From a virus (taxonomy: Duplodnaviria; Caudoviricetes): DNA of 64,000 nucleotides. The DNA is taken from positions 32,001 through 96,000 of the IMG/VR virus record IMGVR_UViG_3300033120_000864. The stretch is one strand, 5' to 3'. The translations under genes and the position numbers were made by a program. This document shows, one piece after another, positions 17,782 to 28,019 of the stretch. The notes under the pieces were generated by a model. The model was not told the origin of the DNA, made no database searches, and was given only the letters and a program-made list of their open reading frames with translations. Numbering within the stretch: position 1 is the first letter of the stretch; each line of letters begins with the position of its first letter.

Positions 17782-17953
17782 AGCAGAAAAAAGTACAGAG
17801 CTTCTTCAAAAAGTATTAATGGATGAACTTCCAGAAATAGAGAGAGATGAAGAAATCTACAATTATCTTAAAGACAAAGATCAGGTACCAGAAAATTTCA
17901 TCCCTTATTGGGAAGAAGATGATGATGACTTTAACATAAAAGAACAACTATAA
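17774..17953 (+). CDS. Small acidic hypothetical protein (59 aa, absent from ORF track)
   Basis: MSKAEKSTELLQKVLMDELPEIERDEEIYNYLKDKDQVPENFIPYWEEDDDDFNIKEQL*; fills the gap between neighbours. Confidence 0.65.
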   Translation: MSKAEKSTELLQKVLMDELPEIERDEEIYNYLKDKDQVPENFIPYWEEDDDDFNIKEQL

Positions 17954-17954
17954 G

Positions 17955-18158
17955 ATGGAAGAAAAAAACACATGGGAGAGTAATACTGCTCTCCCACAAA
18001 GGAATAGATGTAAAGAATGTGGCAGATTTGTAAAAGGAGGAATGTATAATATATTAATGCATGAATCCACTGTACATAATATGCACTATTATCCTTCAAA
18101 ATACATTACAAGAGATAGACTAGTTGAACATATTAGACATATATTTTGGAATGAATGA
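17955..18158 (+). CDS. Small putative Zn-binding protein
   Basis: CKECG...H..H pattern. Confidence 0.5.
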   Translation: MEEKNTWESNTALPQRNRCKECGRFVKGGMYNILMHESTVHNMHYYPSKYITRDRLVEHIRHIFWNE

Positions 18159-18354
18159 AGAAGATAAGAAGCTTTTGAAAGCTTACATGAAAGGTTTTAA
18201 TGATTATAGTGTAGATATTCCTAAGTTTAAGTATTTTAATCAAAGAATGCAAAAAGCTTATAATTTAGGAGTACAACATTTTATAATAGGAGATGATGTG
18301 AGAAGTGTAGATTACCTTTCAGATGAGCAAATTTTAAAACTAATAAAAGAATGA
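18124..18354 (+). CDS. Hypothetical protein (likely ATG start 18151)
   Basis: ATGA coupling to next gene. Confidence 0.55.
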   Translation: MNILDIYFGMNEEDKKLLKAYMKGFNDYSVDIPKFKYFNQRMQKAYNLGVQHFIIGDDVRSVDYLSDEQILKLIKE

Positions 18355-19052
18355 AAATACTAGCAATTAGTGATACTCATGGTCAACATAAGAATTTTGC
18401 TAAAGAATACTTTGAAGGAATAGATATGATAATTCATGCAGGAGATGAAAGTAACTTTAGGGAATTAGCTTTTAATGAAAGAGAGTGGTTTGACTTTCTT
18501 GAATGGTATAGCGAACTCAATGTTAAATACAAAGTATTAATTGCAGGAAATCATTCAGCTTATTTAAGTAAATTTGGTAGGAGAATTAAGGAAGATTTAT
18601 ATAGGGATAATAATATAGTTTATCTTGAACATGAATCAACAAAAATAGAAGGAATTAACATTTTTGGTAGTCCTTATACTCCAACTTTTGGTCAATGGCA
18701 TTTTATGAAAGATAGAAGTAAATTAGATGATTATTGGAAGCAAGTACCTGATGATACAGATATACTTGTTACACATGGTCCACCAAAAACTATTTTAGAT
18801 TTATCTTTATCTAGAGATCGTGAGTTAGAGTTTTGTGGTGATGCTGCATTACTTAGACACATAACAGAAAGAATTAAACCAGCTTATAGTATATTTGGTC
18901 ACATTCATAATGTGGAGAATATAGTAAATGCAGGAACAAAAACAATGGCAGGATTAGACACTACATTTATGAATGTTTCTTGTGTTACAGATGGTAAGTT
19001 TAACATGGGACTTAGTTCTCATGGACAAAAATTTGAATATAATAAACAATAA
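18351..19052 (+). CDS. Calcineurin-like metallophosphoesterase
   Basis: SDTHG, HAGD, AGNH, THGPP, FGHIH. Confidence 0.92.
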   Translation: MKILAISDTHGQHKNFAKEYFEGIDMIIHAGDESNFRELAFNEREWFDFLEWYSELNVKYKVLIAGNHSAYLSKFGRRIKEDLYRDNNIVYLEHESTKIEGINIFGSPYTPTFGQWHFMKDRSKLDDYWKQVPDDTDILVTHGPPKTILDLSLSRDRELEFCGDAALLRHITERIKPAYSIFGHIHNVENIVNAGTKTMAGLDTTFMNVSCVTDGKFNMGLSSHGQKFEYNKQ

Positions 19053-19057
19053 AAAGT

Positions 19058-19879
19058 TTGTTAGATACTAAAGAAGAAAAAGGCATTAGATTTGATGATG
19101 GTAAGGTCAGACATGATCTCCTCTCATCTAATGCAATCAATGAATTATCAAAAGTACTCACTTTTGGAGCTCAAAAATATGCTGCTCATAATTGGAGAAA
19201 GGGTATGGCTTGGAGTAGAGTGATTGGTAGTTTAAAAAGGCATTTAAATGCTATTGAAAGAGGAGAAGATTTTGATCATGAAACAGGAGTGTTACATGCA
19301 GCACATGTTATGTGTAATGCAATGTTCCTTACTGATTATTACAAAATTTATCCTGAAGGAGATGACAGACCTCATGAATATCTTACCTACAAAAGAATAG
19401 GACTTGATATTGATGAAGTGTTATGTGATTTTACACAAGGATGGGGAGATTTATACAATTCTAATCCAAGACCAAATTCATGGTACTTTGATAGACAAAT
19501 GTTAGAGAAGTTTAAAGAATTAGAAGAAAAGGGAGAATTGGAATCATTCTATCTCAATCTTAAGCCTAAAACTTTAGCTAAAGATCTTCCATTTGAACCT
19601 CATTGTTATGTAACATCAAGACCAGTTCCAACAGCAGTAACTGAAAAATGGTTGGACATGCATGGTTTTCCTACAAGAAAAGTTATAACTGTGGATATTA
19701 ATACATCTAAAGTTGATGTATTAAAGCAGGAAAATGTGGATATATTTGTTGATGATAGATATGAGAACTTTGTAGAATTAAATAAGGCTGGTATTTGTAC
19801 CTTCTTATTTGATGCAGCTCATAATCACAAATATGAAGTGGGTTACAAAAGAATTAAGAGTTTAAAAGAATTAGTGTAA
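19058..19879 (+). CDS. dATP/dGTP diphosphohydrolase (DUF5664-like) fused to HAD 5'-nucleotidase
   Basis: DDGK..HDLL, VLTFGAQKY..HNW.KG, D.ETG..H.AH..CNAMFL; then GLDIDEV, VTSR, FVDD. Confidence 0.85.
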   Translation: MLDTKEEKGIRFDDGKVRHDLLSSNAINELSKVLTFGAQKYAAHNWRKGMAWSRVIGSLKRHLNAIERGEDFDHETGVLHAAHVMCNAMFLTDYYKIYPEGDDRPHEYLTYKRIGLDIDEVLCDFTQGWGDLYNSNPRPNSWYFDRQMLEKFKELEEKGELESFYLNLKPKTLAKDLPFEPHCYVTSRPVPTAVTEKWLDMHGFPTRKVITVDINTSKVDVLKQENVDIFVDDRYENFVELNKAGICTFLFDAAHNHKYEVGYKRIKSLKELV

Positions 19880-19922
19880 TACAATTTAAAGAAGAAGATT
19901 ATTTGTTAATATTTATTAATAG

Positions 19923-19954
19923 TTTGTTATTCTAATTTATTTTTATTATCTTTG
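19923..19954 (+). promoter_or_regulatory. Bacteroidota consensus promoter for the second GIY-YIG gene
   Basis: TTTG(19923-19926)-N20-TATCTTTG(19947-19954). Confidence 0.8.
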
Positions 19955-19960
19955 TATTAT

Positions 19961-20584
19961 ATGAATACAGGTATATATACAATAACTTCTATTATTGATA
20001 ATAAAGTATATGTTGGACATGCTAAAAATATTAAACTGCGATGGAATGGACATATAAGTCGCTTAAGAAATAATAGACATGAAAATAAACATCTTCAAAG
20101 TGCTTTTAATCTCTATAAAGAAAATAATTTTAAGTTTGAAATATTATGGGAATGTGAAGAAAAATATTTATATTCAGAAGAACATTATTGGTGTAATTTA
20201 TTAAACGTCAATAATCCAAAATTTGGATATAATATAGCTCAAACTAATCCTAATGGTACATGGGGATTTTCAGAAGAAACTAGAAAAAAAATGTCTGAAA
20301 GTAGAAAAAATACTACTATGTCTGAAATTAGTAAAAAAAAATTATCTATAACCATGAGTAGAAAAAGGGCTAATGGAGAAATAAAACTTTCTGAACAAGG
20401 ACGTGAAAATTTAAGATTAGCTCAAAAAAATAGAGTTAAAAAAATTTTAAATATAAAAACAGGAGAAATTTTTAATTCTGGTAAAGAATTAGCAGAATGT
20501 TTAAATGTACCATATCAAACAATAAATTCTAGAATGCATAGAAAAAGTAAAATATTTCAAAATTATAAATATGTAGAAAAATGA
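19961..20584 (+). mobile_element. Free-standing GIY-YIG homing endonuclease (NUMOD3-like repeats)
   Basis: TGIYTI...VYVG...R..H, SEETRKKMSES; ATG 19961 preferred since TTG 19952 lies within the promoter. Confidence 0.9.
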
Positions 20585-21693
20585 CTTTTAAAGAAGAAGA
20601 TTTAGATGTAATATACAAAGTTAAGGTTGGAAGTCATGCTTATGGAACTAATATTCCTGAAAGTGATGAAGACTTTAAAATGATATATTTACAAAAACCC
20701 ATGGATGTTTTAAACTATGGGTATCAAGAGCAAGTAAATCTTACTAAAGATTGTACAGCTTATGAACTCAAGAGATTTATAGAACTATGTTGTACAGGAA
20801 ATCCTACAATGTTAGAACTTCTATATTCTCCTGAAGATTGTGTAGTATATAAACATCCTATTTTTGATCTAATTCTTGAAAACAAAGAGAAATTTCTTTC
20901 TAAATCTTGTAGATGGAGTTTTGGTGGATATGCTGTTTCTCAAATAGAAAAAGCTAAGGGGCTTAATAAGAAAATAAATTGGGAAAAAGAAAAAATAACC
21001 AGAAAAACTCCTATTGATTTTTGCTATGTTGTACTAGATCCTTGGACTAAGGTTCAAGCAAAAGAAGGTAGACAAGTAAGTATCAAACAAGGTGTATATC
21101 CTTTAAAAGATTGGCTTAAAAGAAAACACTTATCCTCAAAAGATGTAGTGCTAACTAAATTAAACCATTCTAAAGAAGGATATCAACTTTATCAATTTAA
21201 AGGTAGAGGAATAGAAGTGGATGGATCTAATAATCTTAGAACTTCAGAAACTCCTAAAAATATACTACCTATAGCTACAGTACTCTTTAATCCTGATGTC
21301 TATTCAAGGCATTGTAGGGAATATAAAGAGTATCAGGAATGGATGAAAGAAAGAAATGTTCAACGATATGTAGATATCAATGAACATGGACAAAAGATAG
21401 ATGGTAAAAATATGCTACATTGTGTTAGACTTCTGGAAACAGGAATAGAGCTAGCCAAAGAACATAAAATAAAGGTAAGAAGAGAAAATGCTGAATATCT
21501 TATATCAATAAGAAAAGGTAAAGTAGATTTAAATACATTATTAGAAAATTGTCAAAGTGCACTCACTGATTTGGACAAAGCTTATAATGAATCTACTCTT
21601 CCTGATAAAGCAGATAGAGCATTCTTTTTAACATTATTACCAGTAATAAGAAAACAATATCAAATTTCAAAAGGAACAAAAGATGGACTTTAA
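20581..21693 (+). CDS. Pol-beta-family nucleotidyltransferase (RlaP/YcgL-like)
   Basis: GSHAYGTN..ESDED, GNPTMLELL, K...HCVRLL, YLISIRKG. Confidence 0.85.
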   Translation: MTFKEEDLDVIYKVKVGSHAYGTNIPESDEDFKMIYLQKPMDVLNYGYQEQVNLTKDCTAYELKRFIELCCTGNPTMLELLYSPEDCVVYKHPIFDLILENKEKFLSKSCRWSFGGYAVSQIEKAKGLNKKINWEKEKITRKTPIDFCYVVLDPWTKVQAKEGRQVSIKQGVYPLKDWLKRKHLSSKDVVLTKLNHSKEGYQLYQFKGRGIEVDGSNNLRTSETPKNILPIATVLFNPDVYSRHCREYKEYQEWMKERNVQRYVDINEHGQKIDGKNMLHCVRLLETGIELAKEHKIKVRRENAEYLISIRKGKVDLNTLLENCQSALTDLDKAYNESTLPDKADRAFFLTLLPVIRKQYQISKGTKDGL

Positions 21694-22222
21694 AGGTGAT
21701 ATAATCATTACAGATCCTTGTTATATAATGGGGAAAGATAGTGATTGGGATAAGTGTGGGAATGGAGATAATATGGAAGCCTTAGGGATAACACATTATC
21801 TCTGTGCTGACACAGAATATGGAGATTGGGGATGTGTTACAATAAAAGATGTTCCTAATGCTCCATATATTTTAGGTAAACTTAGTATGAATTATGCTGA
21901 ACTATGGGATAAATCCAATAGTATAAAAAAGGATGAGACAGCTATTAAAACCTTAACAGAAAAAAGAGATAAGATAATTAATGAAAGTGGAATTATTCTA
22001 GGAAGATTTTGTGCAGATGCAGGCTTAGTTGCTGTGTTTTTGTTAGATGAAGTACTAAAATATAATCCAAAGTTTGATTATCATATAACAAGGCCTCATA
22101 CCACAACTCTTATCAAAGACTTTGATGGTGATATTGAAATAACACACAGAGGAGATGATAATGAAGTAAGTGTTATAGGTGAAGGAAATATTAGCTTCTA
22201 TACAACACAAACAGAATTATAA
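21683..22222 (+). CDS. Conserved phage hypothetical protein
   Basis: GDIIITDPCYI, TEYGDW, FCADAGLVAVF. Confidence 0.65.
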   Translation: MDFKGDIIITDPCYIMGKDSDWDKCGNGDNMEALGITHYLCADTEYGDWGCVTIKDVPNAPYILGKLSMNYAELWDKSNSIKKDETAIKTLTEKRDKIINESGIILGRFCADAGLVAVFLLDEVLKYNPKFDYHITRPHTTTLIKDFDGDIEITHRGDDNEVSVIGEGNISFYTTQTEL

Positions 22223-23598
22223 TGAAATTAACAGTAAAAGAAAACAGTAAGAACTATTTATGTGCTGTAGTGGAGATAAAGGAATTATTTCCAATTGAAG
22301 GAGCAGATAGGATAGTTAGAACCGTAATATTTGGAAATAATGTTATTGTATCTAAAGATGTAAAGATTGGAGATAAGATGTTATATTTTGTCTCTGGTAC
22401 AAAACTAAATCCTGACTTCTGCAAATGGAATGATTTACTTACTGATGCAGATCAAAATAGGAACAAAAAGGTTGGATATATTTCCTACAAACAGTTTAGA
22501 GTGAAAGCTATTAAGCTTAAAGGAGTTATATCTGATGGTATGCTTCTCCCTATAAATAGTTTAGAATTTCTTTCAGGAAATCATCAAATAGTATCTTCTT
22601 TAAAAGTGGGTGATGAGTTCACTGATATAGATGATATTTCTATTTGTGAGAAGTATATTATTCCTAGTAACCAAAGAGGAGGTGGTAATGGTACTCCTAG
22701 ACAAAAATCAGCTAAGATTAGTAGGCTTGTAGAAAATCAATTTTATTTTCATAATGATACAGATAATTTCAGAAAGAATACTCACAAGGTAGATCCTAAT
22801 GATATTATAGGTGTTCATTATAAAAAACATGGTACTTCTGTAGTTATAGGAAACGTTCTTGTAAAGAAAACACTTAGTTGGTATGAAAAGCTATTACAAA
22901 AGTTTGGTATCAATATAGTGAATATAGAATATGATATTATCTATAGCTCTAGAAAGGTTGTAAAGAATGGATTTCTAGAAACTCCTAATGCTAAGTCCTA
23001 TTATAAAACTGATATTTGGGGAGATGTAAAAGAAGAAATAAAAGATAAGATTCCAAAGAATTTTACCATTTATGGAGAAATATTAGGTTACACTAGTGAT
23101 GGAGCATTTATTCAGCATTCATATGACTATGGATGTGACTACAAGACTCATAAGTTTTATGTCTATAGGATTACATGTGTAAACCCTGATGGTAAAACAA
23201 TAGAACTTACAGACAAACAGATTGAAGAATTTTGTGAAAAACATGGACTTTTATACAAAGATACATTTATATTTTATGGAAAAGCTAGAGACTTGTTCAA
23301 TAAGCTTAACTTAAAACATAAATTTTGGTTGAGTCCTGATTTAGATAATTTTAGAGACTGGCAAGAGAATTTTACAAAACTTCTAGAAATGGAGTATAAT
23401 GAGAAAGATTGTTATATGTGTAAGACTAAGGTTCCTGAAGAAGGAATTGTAATCAGAAAAGAAGCACTTGATCATTATGAAGCCTATAAGCTTAAAAGCA
23501 GAAGGTTTCTACTTCAAGAGTCAGATCTTCAAGAAAAAGAAATGACTAATCTAGAAGATAATCAAGAAACAGAAGAGAATAATGAATCGACAGATTAA
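22222..23598 (+). CDS. RNA ligase (Rnl2/DRB0094-like) with N-terminal OB-like domain
   Basis: PIEGADRI, KLKGVISDG, motif I KKHGTS, YGEI, FYVY, EEGIVIR, YKLKS. Confidence 0.85.
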   Translation: MKLTVKENSKNYLCAVVEIKELFPIEGADRIVRTVIFGNNVIVSKDVKIGDKMLYFVSGTKLNPDFCKWNDLLTDADQNRNKKVGYISYKQFRVKAIKLKGVISDGMLLPINSLEFLSGNHQIVSSLKVGDEFTDIDDISICEKYIIPSNQRGGGNGTPRQKSAKISRLVENQFYFHNDTDNFRKNTHKVDPNDIIGVHYKKHGTSVVIGNVLVKKTLSWYEKLLQKFGINIVNIEYDIIYSSRKVVKNGFLETPNAKSYYKTDIWGDVKEEIKDKIPKNFTIYGEILGYTSDGAFIQHSYDYGCDYKTHKFYVYRITCVNPDGKTIELTDKQIEEFCEKHGLLYKDTFIFYGKARDLFNKLNLKHKFWLSPDLDNFRDWQENFTKLLEMEYNEKDCYMCKTKVPEEGIVIRKEALDHYEAYKLKSRRFLLQESDLQEKEMTNLEDNQETEENNESTD

Positions 23599-24538
23599 AG
23601 TATTAGTTGGAGTTAGTGGTTCAGGTAAAACTACCTGGGCTACTAAATTCATAAACGAGAACCCTAAATGGGTTAGAGTATCAAGAGATGATATTAGAAG
23701 ACAACTAGTGGGAACGTTAGATTAAACCTACTATAAAAGAAAGGATTTAAACTCTCTTGAGAAGCAAGTAACGGCTTTATTGTTCTCTAACATTAGACAC
23801 TTATTACAACAAGAGTTTAACATAATTGTAGACAATACTCACTTAAAAGAAAGTTATATTAATGAACTCGTAGTAGAGTTTAATCATTTAGCTGATATTG
23901 AAATTGAGTTTATAGGAATTGAAGAATCTCTAGCTACACTTAAGAGGAGAATAGAAGAAAGAGAAGACAAAAGAGTATGGTGGAAAAAGTTATTTTCTTC
24001 TGAAGTAAACACAAGTTATTTGAATAAACAATTCAAAGAATTTAATAGTTTACATAAGAAGGGAATACAAACTAAATTCCCTATTTTAGTCAGAAAAGTA
24101 AATCAGAATTACAAGTTACCTAATACAATAATTTGTGATTTAGATGGAACTCTTGCTTTATTTGGAGATAGAAATCCTTATGATAGGGATTTTGAAAATG
24201 ATATGTTTAGTCCACCAGTATTATTTGTATTAAAGAGTTGGATTCATGATAATCCAGATTGTAAGATACATTTTTTTAGTGGTAGAGCTGAGAAAGAAAG
24301 AGGAGAGACTACAAGATTCCTCTTAAGAGAATTTACTGAAGATCAGTTTATTCTTGAAATGAGGAAAAATAAAGATGTTAGAAATGACTCTTTAGTCAAG
24401 GAAGATATGTTTAACACTTATATTAAAGATAAGTTGTTTGTTCACTTTGTGATTGATGATAGATTGAGAGTGTGTAGGTTATGGAACAAATTAGGCTTAT
24501 TTTTATTTAATGTTAACCAAGATTTAAGTGAATTTTAA
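23582..24538 (+). pseudogene. pseT: Polynucleotide 5'-kinase/3'-phosphatase (T4 PseT-like) interrupted by in-frame TAA at 23723-23725
   Basis: ATG 23582 gives GVSGSGKTT and SRDDIR, then TAA, then the same frame continues into IVDNTH, DLDGTL, SGR, DDR. Confidence 0.85.
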
Positions 24539-24649
24539 CTGATAACTAAAGTTCTTCTACTAGTCAGTATTTTGGCAGTACTGATTCTACCAGAGTTTAG
24601 CACTAATCATATTTTATCTGTAGAGCAAAATAGGATTTAAAATAACAAA

Positions 24650-25051
24650 ATGAAAAAGAAAGTAGTAAGTAAAGGATATACTTTAGAAGTAGTATCATGG
24701 GAGAATGATGGTGATAATTATAATACTAAACAGTTTACAACAGAAAGTAAAGAAGAAGCTGAAAAGCTTTATAAAATATGTACAGTATTATTTAAATCTC
24801 ATAATAATAAACAAGGAGGTGTTGGAAACTCTATGGATGGTAAATGTAAAAAAACTATATTAGAGTATATTGAAGACAATAAAAAAGACTTTTCTGACCT
24901 TATAGATGAAGATGATATAATGGATTATTTTTATAATATAGGTTATGAATTAATGGGAGGTTCAGAATACTATGATTTTAGAGTTTGTGAATCTTGTATA
25001 GTAATTTTTTCAGAAGAAGATATTTACTTAGAACAAATAGAGTTTAAATAA
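24650..25051 (+). CDS. Hypothetical protein
   Basis: SWENDGDNY...RVCES phage-type ORF. Confidence 0.65.
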   Translation: MKKKVVSKGYTLEVVSWENDGDNYNTKQFTTESKEEAEKLYKICTVLFKSHNNKQGGVGNSMDGKCKKTILEYIEDNKKDFSDLIDEDDIMDYFYNIGYELMGGSEYYDFRVCESCIVIFSEEDIYLEQIEFK

Positions 25052-25482
25052 TGAAAAAAGAATTAAAAAAAGTAACAGTCTGGTATTCTATCCAAAATGG
25101 AGGAGATGGTTCAGCCCATCCAGCCTGGTTTTTGACAGAAGAAGAGACAGAATATGACCAAGAAAATGCAGATGAAGGATGGGGAGAAACATGTAATGGA
25201 TCAGTTGAAACCTTTGAAGGATCTGATATACATGAAAGAGCTAAGGAAAACTCTAAAGAGCAGCAAGAAGAAAGAGATGAAGAAGATGGTAAATTATCTC
25301 ATGATGACTTCTATGAGACTAGGGGAGTTGGAACAAAAGCAAGATCTGATAAACAATGCTTTACGTGTGGCAAGCTTATTAAGATGGGCACTCCACATGA
25401 CATGCATCACTTTTACCCTGAATTTGTTGCCTATCCAACCCATAAAGAGTGCACTGATGAGTTCATGGGTAATTTGAAATAA
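25051..25482 (+). CDS. Hypothetical protein with C-terminal Zn-finger-like motif
   Basis: NGGDGSA N-terminus; CFTCG...H..C. Confidence 0.65.
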   Translation: MKKELKKVTVWYSIQNGGDGSAHPAWFLTEEETEYDQENADEGWGETCNGSVETFEGSDIHERAKENSKEQQEERDEEDGKLSHDDFYETRGVGTKARSDKQCFTCGKLIKMGTPHDMHHFYPEFVAYPTHKECTDEFMGNLK

Positions 25483-25503
25483 TTGTTAATAAAGTAGGTA
25501 ATT

Positions 25504-25535
25504 TTTGCTAGTCTCGATAATTTTTGTTATATTTG
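25504..25535 (+). promoter_or_regulatory. Bacteroidota consensus promoter for the endonuclease VII gene
   Basis: TTTG(25504-25507)-N20-TATATTTG(25528-25535). Confidence 0.75.
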
Positions 25536-25549
25536 TATATACAAAAAAA

Positions 25550-25948
25550 ATGAGAACAAAAGAAGAAAGCTTAGAAGAACACTTATTACATAAAGAGTTT
25601 ATAAAAGAGAAAAAAAGTAATAAACATAAAAAGAAAGAAAAAATAAAAACTTTTTTTAACAATTGTAAACCAGGAACAAAGGAGTACAGAAGAAGAAATT
25701 TATTAAGATATTATTTTAATATAACTCTAGAAGAATATAACAAATTACTAGAATCTCAGAACTATTCTTGTAGTATATGTAAGAGACATATGAGTACTTT
25801 TAAGAAAAACTTAGGAGTAGATCACTGTCATAAAACAGGTGTTATTAGAGGAATATTATGTAATAATTGCAATAATGGATTAGGAAATTTTAAAGATAAT
25901 ATTGATTTCTTAAAAGAAGCAATTACTTATCTTGATAAAAAATATTGA
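25550..25948 (+). mobile_element. Endonuclease VII-family (His-Me) homing-type endonuclease
   Basis: ITLEEY...Q...CSIC...VDHCHKTG.IRGILCNNCNNGLG; ATG 25550 lies downstream of the promoter. Confidence 0.85.
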
Positions 25949-25968
25949 AAGTAATTTATATTACTTAA

Positions 25969-27765
25969 TTGGAACTTAAAGACAAAGAAAAAGTCAAAAT
26001 TTTGGCAGTGGATTCAGATAACTCTGGATCTAAATATCACAGAATTACCCTTCCTTGGAAGAGAATGAATGGTAAAACAATAGATGTAGGAGAAAACACT
26101 CTACCTATTTCTGTAGATATTAAAAAATGTGAAGCAAACAAAGTATCTTTAACAGAAGATGATTTTAAGAATTATGACATTGTAGTAGTCCATTGGACTT
26201 ACTTAAATGCACTTCCTGATGTAGCACAATGGGCATCAAGACATAAAACTAGAATTATTCAGGATGTTGATGATTTTTGGGAACTTCCACAAGATCATAT
26301 TGATAGTAAGGGATCATATAGCAAGATAGTACCTCAAGTTGTAATGGCTGATGTGGTAACTTGTAGTACAGAAAGACTTAGTGCTCATCTTATTCAATTT
26401 AATGATAAGATAAGTATTAGTCCTAATTACCTTCCTATTGGTGAAGAACAGTTTACAGATAAACGTAAAGAAAAAGATGTTGAAAAGCTTTTATCTATGG
26501 GTGCTTCTGTAGCTGTAGAAGTTGATGATAAGATTAATATTGGTATTGTAGGTTCTATTAGCCACTATCATGATTGGATCTCCATCACAAATGTATTTAA
26601 GAAGCTTGCAGGGGATGATGAAATAAGAAAGAGATGTAGGTTTGTATATGGTGGATATACAGAAGGTTTTAGATATTGTGAAGGTATTCTTAGAATGCTT
26701 AAAAACTCTCATAAAGATATGGAAGTAATCACTGTGCCTGCTACTTCTGTAAATGACTATATGAATATCTATGATTCTGTAGATATTATGTTAGCTCCTT
26801 TAACAGATAATGAGTTTAATAGATGTAAATCTTCATTAAAGATTATAGAAGCTGGACTCAAAGGAATACCTGTAGTGGGAAATCCTTTATATCTGCATAA
26901 GGAAGTACCTTGTGTTCTTCATGCAACCACTCCTAAAGAGCATTTTGAGCTTATTAAAGACCTTATTAAGGATGATAAGTACATCAGACTAGGAATGGAG
27001 ACAAGAGAGGCTGTAAAGCAGCTTAATCACTTTGAACAGAGGCTTGAAAACTTAGGAAGTATATGTGAATATCTTCTTAATGAAGAAGTGGAAGTTGTTC
27101 CTGAAAACTTAAAGGTTTTTGGAATTACATATTCCCCAGAGCAATCTACAGAGTACACACAGTATGATAATAGTGCTATAAGAAGTCCTGAACAAAAGAG
27201 CTACTTATTTGAGTATAATCCAATTATAGACATAATGGATAAAAATACTTTTAATGAAAATGATTATATAGGAATATTTAGTCATAAATTTAGTAGGAAA
27301 ACAAATGTTCCTAAAAAAGTGTTAAACAAAATGTTTTTGGAAGTAACAAATGAGGAATCTCCAGATATTATTGGTCTTGCTCCTTCATTCCTTAAAGGCA
27401 ACTATTTGGAATGGACTGAGAATCAACATCCTAATTTTATAAAGGTGTTTACACTTTTATGTACAAAACTAGGACTTAAGGTGGCAGAACCAAAAAATAT
27501 TGTTTATTCAAACTTCTTCTTAGCAAAGGCTCCTATTTATAAGAAATTCGTAGATGAGGTGATTAAGCCTGCTATAGAAGTTCTTGAAGGAGACCTAGAA
27601 CCTTTTGCTTGGCAAAATGCTAAGTATGAGGCAGGACTTAATTCTAAAGACTTGAAAGAAGTGAGTGGATTGGAATACTATCCATTACATACTTTCCTAT
27701 TAGAAAGACTTTTAAGTATATGGGTTGAGAATAATCCAGAAATAAAATTTAAACAAATACTATAA
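25969..27765 (+). CDS. GT-B glycosyltransferase fused to a second sugar-transferase-like domain
   Basis: DVDDFW, DIMLAPL..NEFN.CKS.LK..EAG..GIPVV; C-terminal YSNFF...FLLERL. Confidence 0.8.
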   Translation: MELKDKEKVKILAVDSDNSGSKYHRITLPWKRMNGKTIDVGENTLPISVDIKKCEANKVSLTEDDFKNYDIVVVHWTYLNALPDVAQWASRHKTRIIQDVDDFWELPQDHIDSKGSYSKIVPQVVMADVVTCSTERLSAHLIQFNDKISISPNYLPIGEEQFTDKRKEKDVEKLLSMGASVAVEVDDKINIGIVGSISHYHDWISITNVFKKLAGDDEIRKRCRFVYGGYTEGFRYCEGILRMLKNSHKDMEVITVPATSVNDYMNIYDSVDIMLAPLTDNEFNRCKSSLKIIEAGLKGIPVVGNPLYLHKEVPCVLHATTPKEHFELIKDLIKDDKYIRLGMETREAVKQLNHFEQRLENLGSICEYLLNEEVEVVPENLKVFGITYSPEQSTEYTQYDNSAIRSPEQKSYLFEYNPIIDIMDKNTFNENDYIGIFSHKFSRKTNVPKKVLNKMFLEVTNEESPDIIGLAPSFLKGNYLEWTENQHPNFIKVFTLLCTKLGLKVAEPKNIVYSNFFLAKAPIYKKFVDEVIKPAIEVLEGDLEPFAWQNAKYEAGLNSKDLKEVSGLEYYPLHTFLLERLLSIWVENNPEIKFKQIL

Positions 27766-28019
27766 TGAGTAATAACCTAAATGATGCAGATGAGGAAGAA
27801 ACTAAACCTCTGTTTTGTGAAACTATAAATATGAAGTACGGAGAGTTTAAGAATAGAGAAAAACTATTTAAACTTCTTAAGAATTCTATTATAGCAGATC
27901 TAGAAGAAAAATATGATGCATTAGATGCTTCAAGAGCAAATGATGAGTATTCCTTCTGTCATTTAGAAGGATATGCTACATGTTTAAAAGATGTAATTGA
28001 ATTAATAAAAGAAAAGTAA
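27765..28019 (+). CDS. Hypothetical protein
   Basis: TAATG-coupled ORF. Confidence 0.55.
   Translation: MSNNLNDADEEETKPLFCETINMKYGEFKNREKLFKLLKNSIIADLEEKYDALDASRANDEYSFCHLEGYATCLKDVIELIKEK

Noticed and set aside
23723-23725. Alternative genetic code as the explanation for the PNK stop
   Set aside because: The codon is TAA, the main terminator in this genome, and other genes are intact in code 11
25469-25971. Target-site duplication around the endonuclease VII gene (GTAATTT...TAATTG on both sides)
   Set aside because: Matches are short and AT-rich; suggestive but not distinguishable from chance
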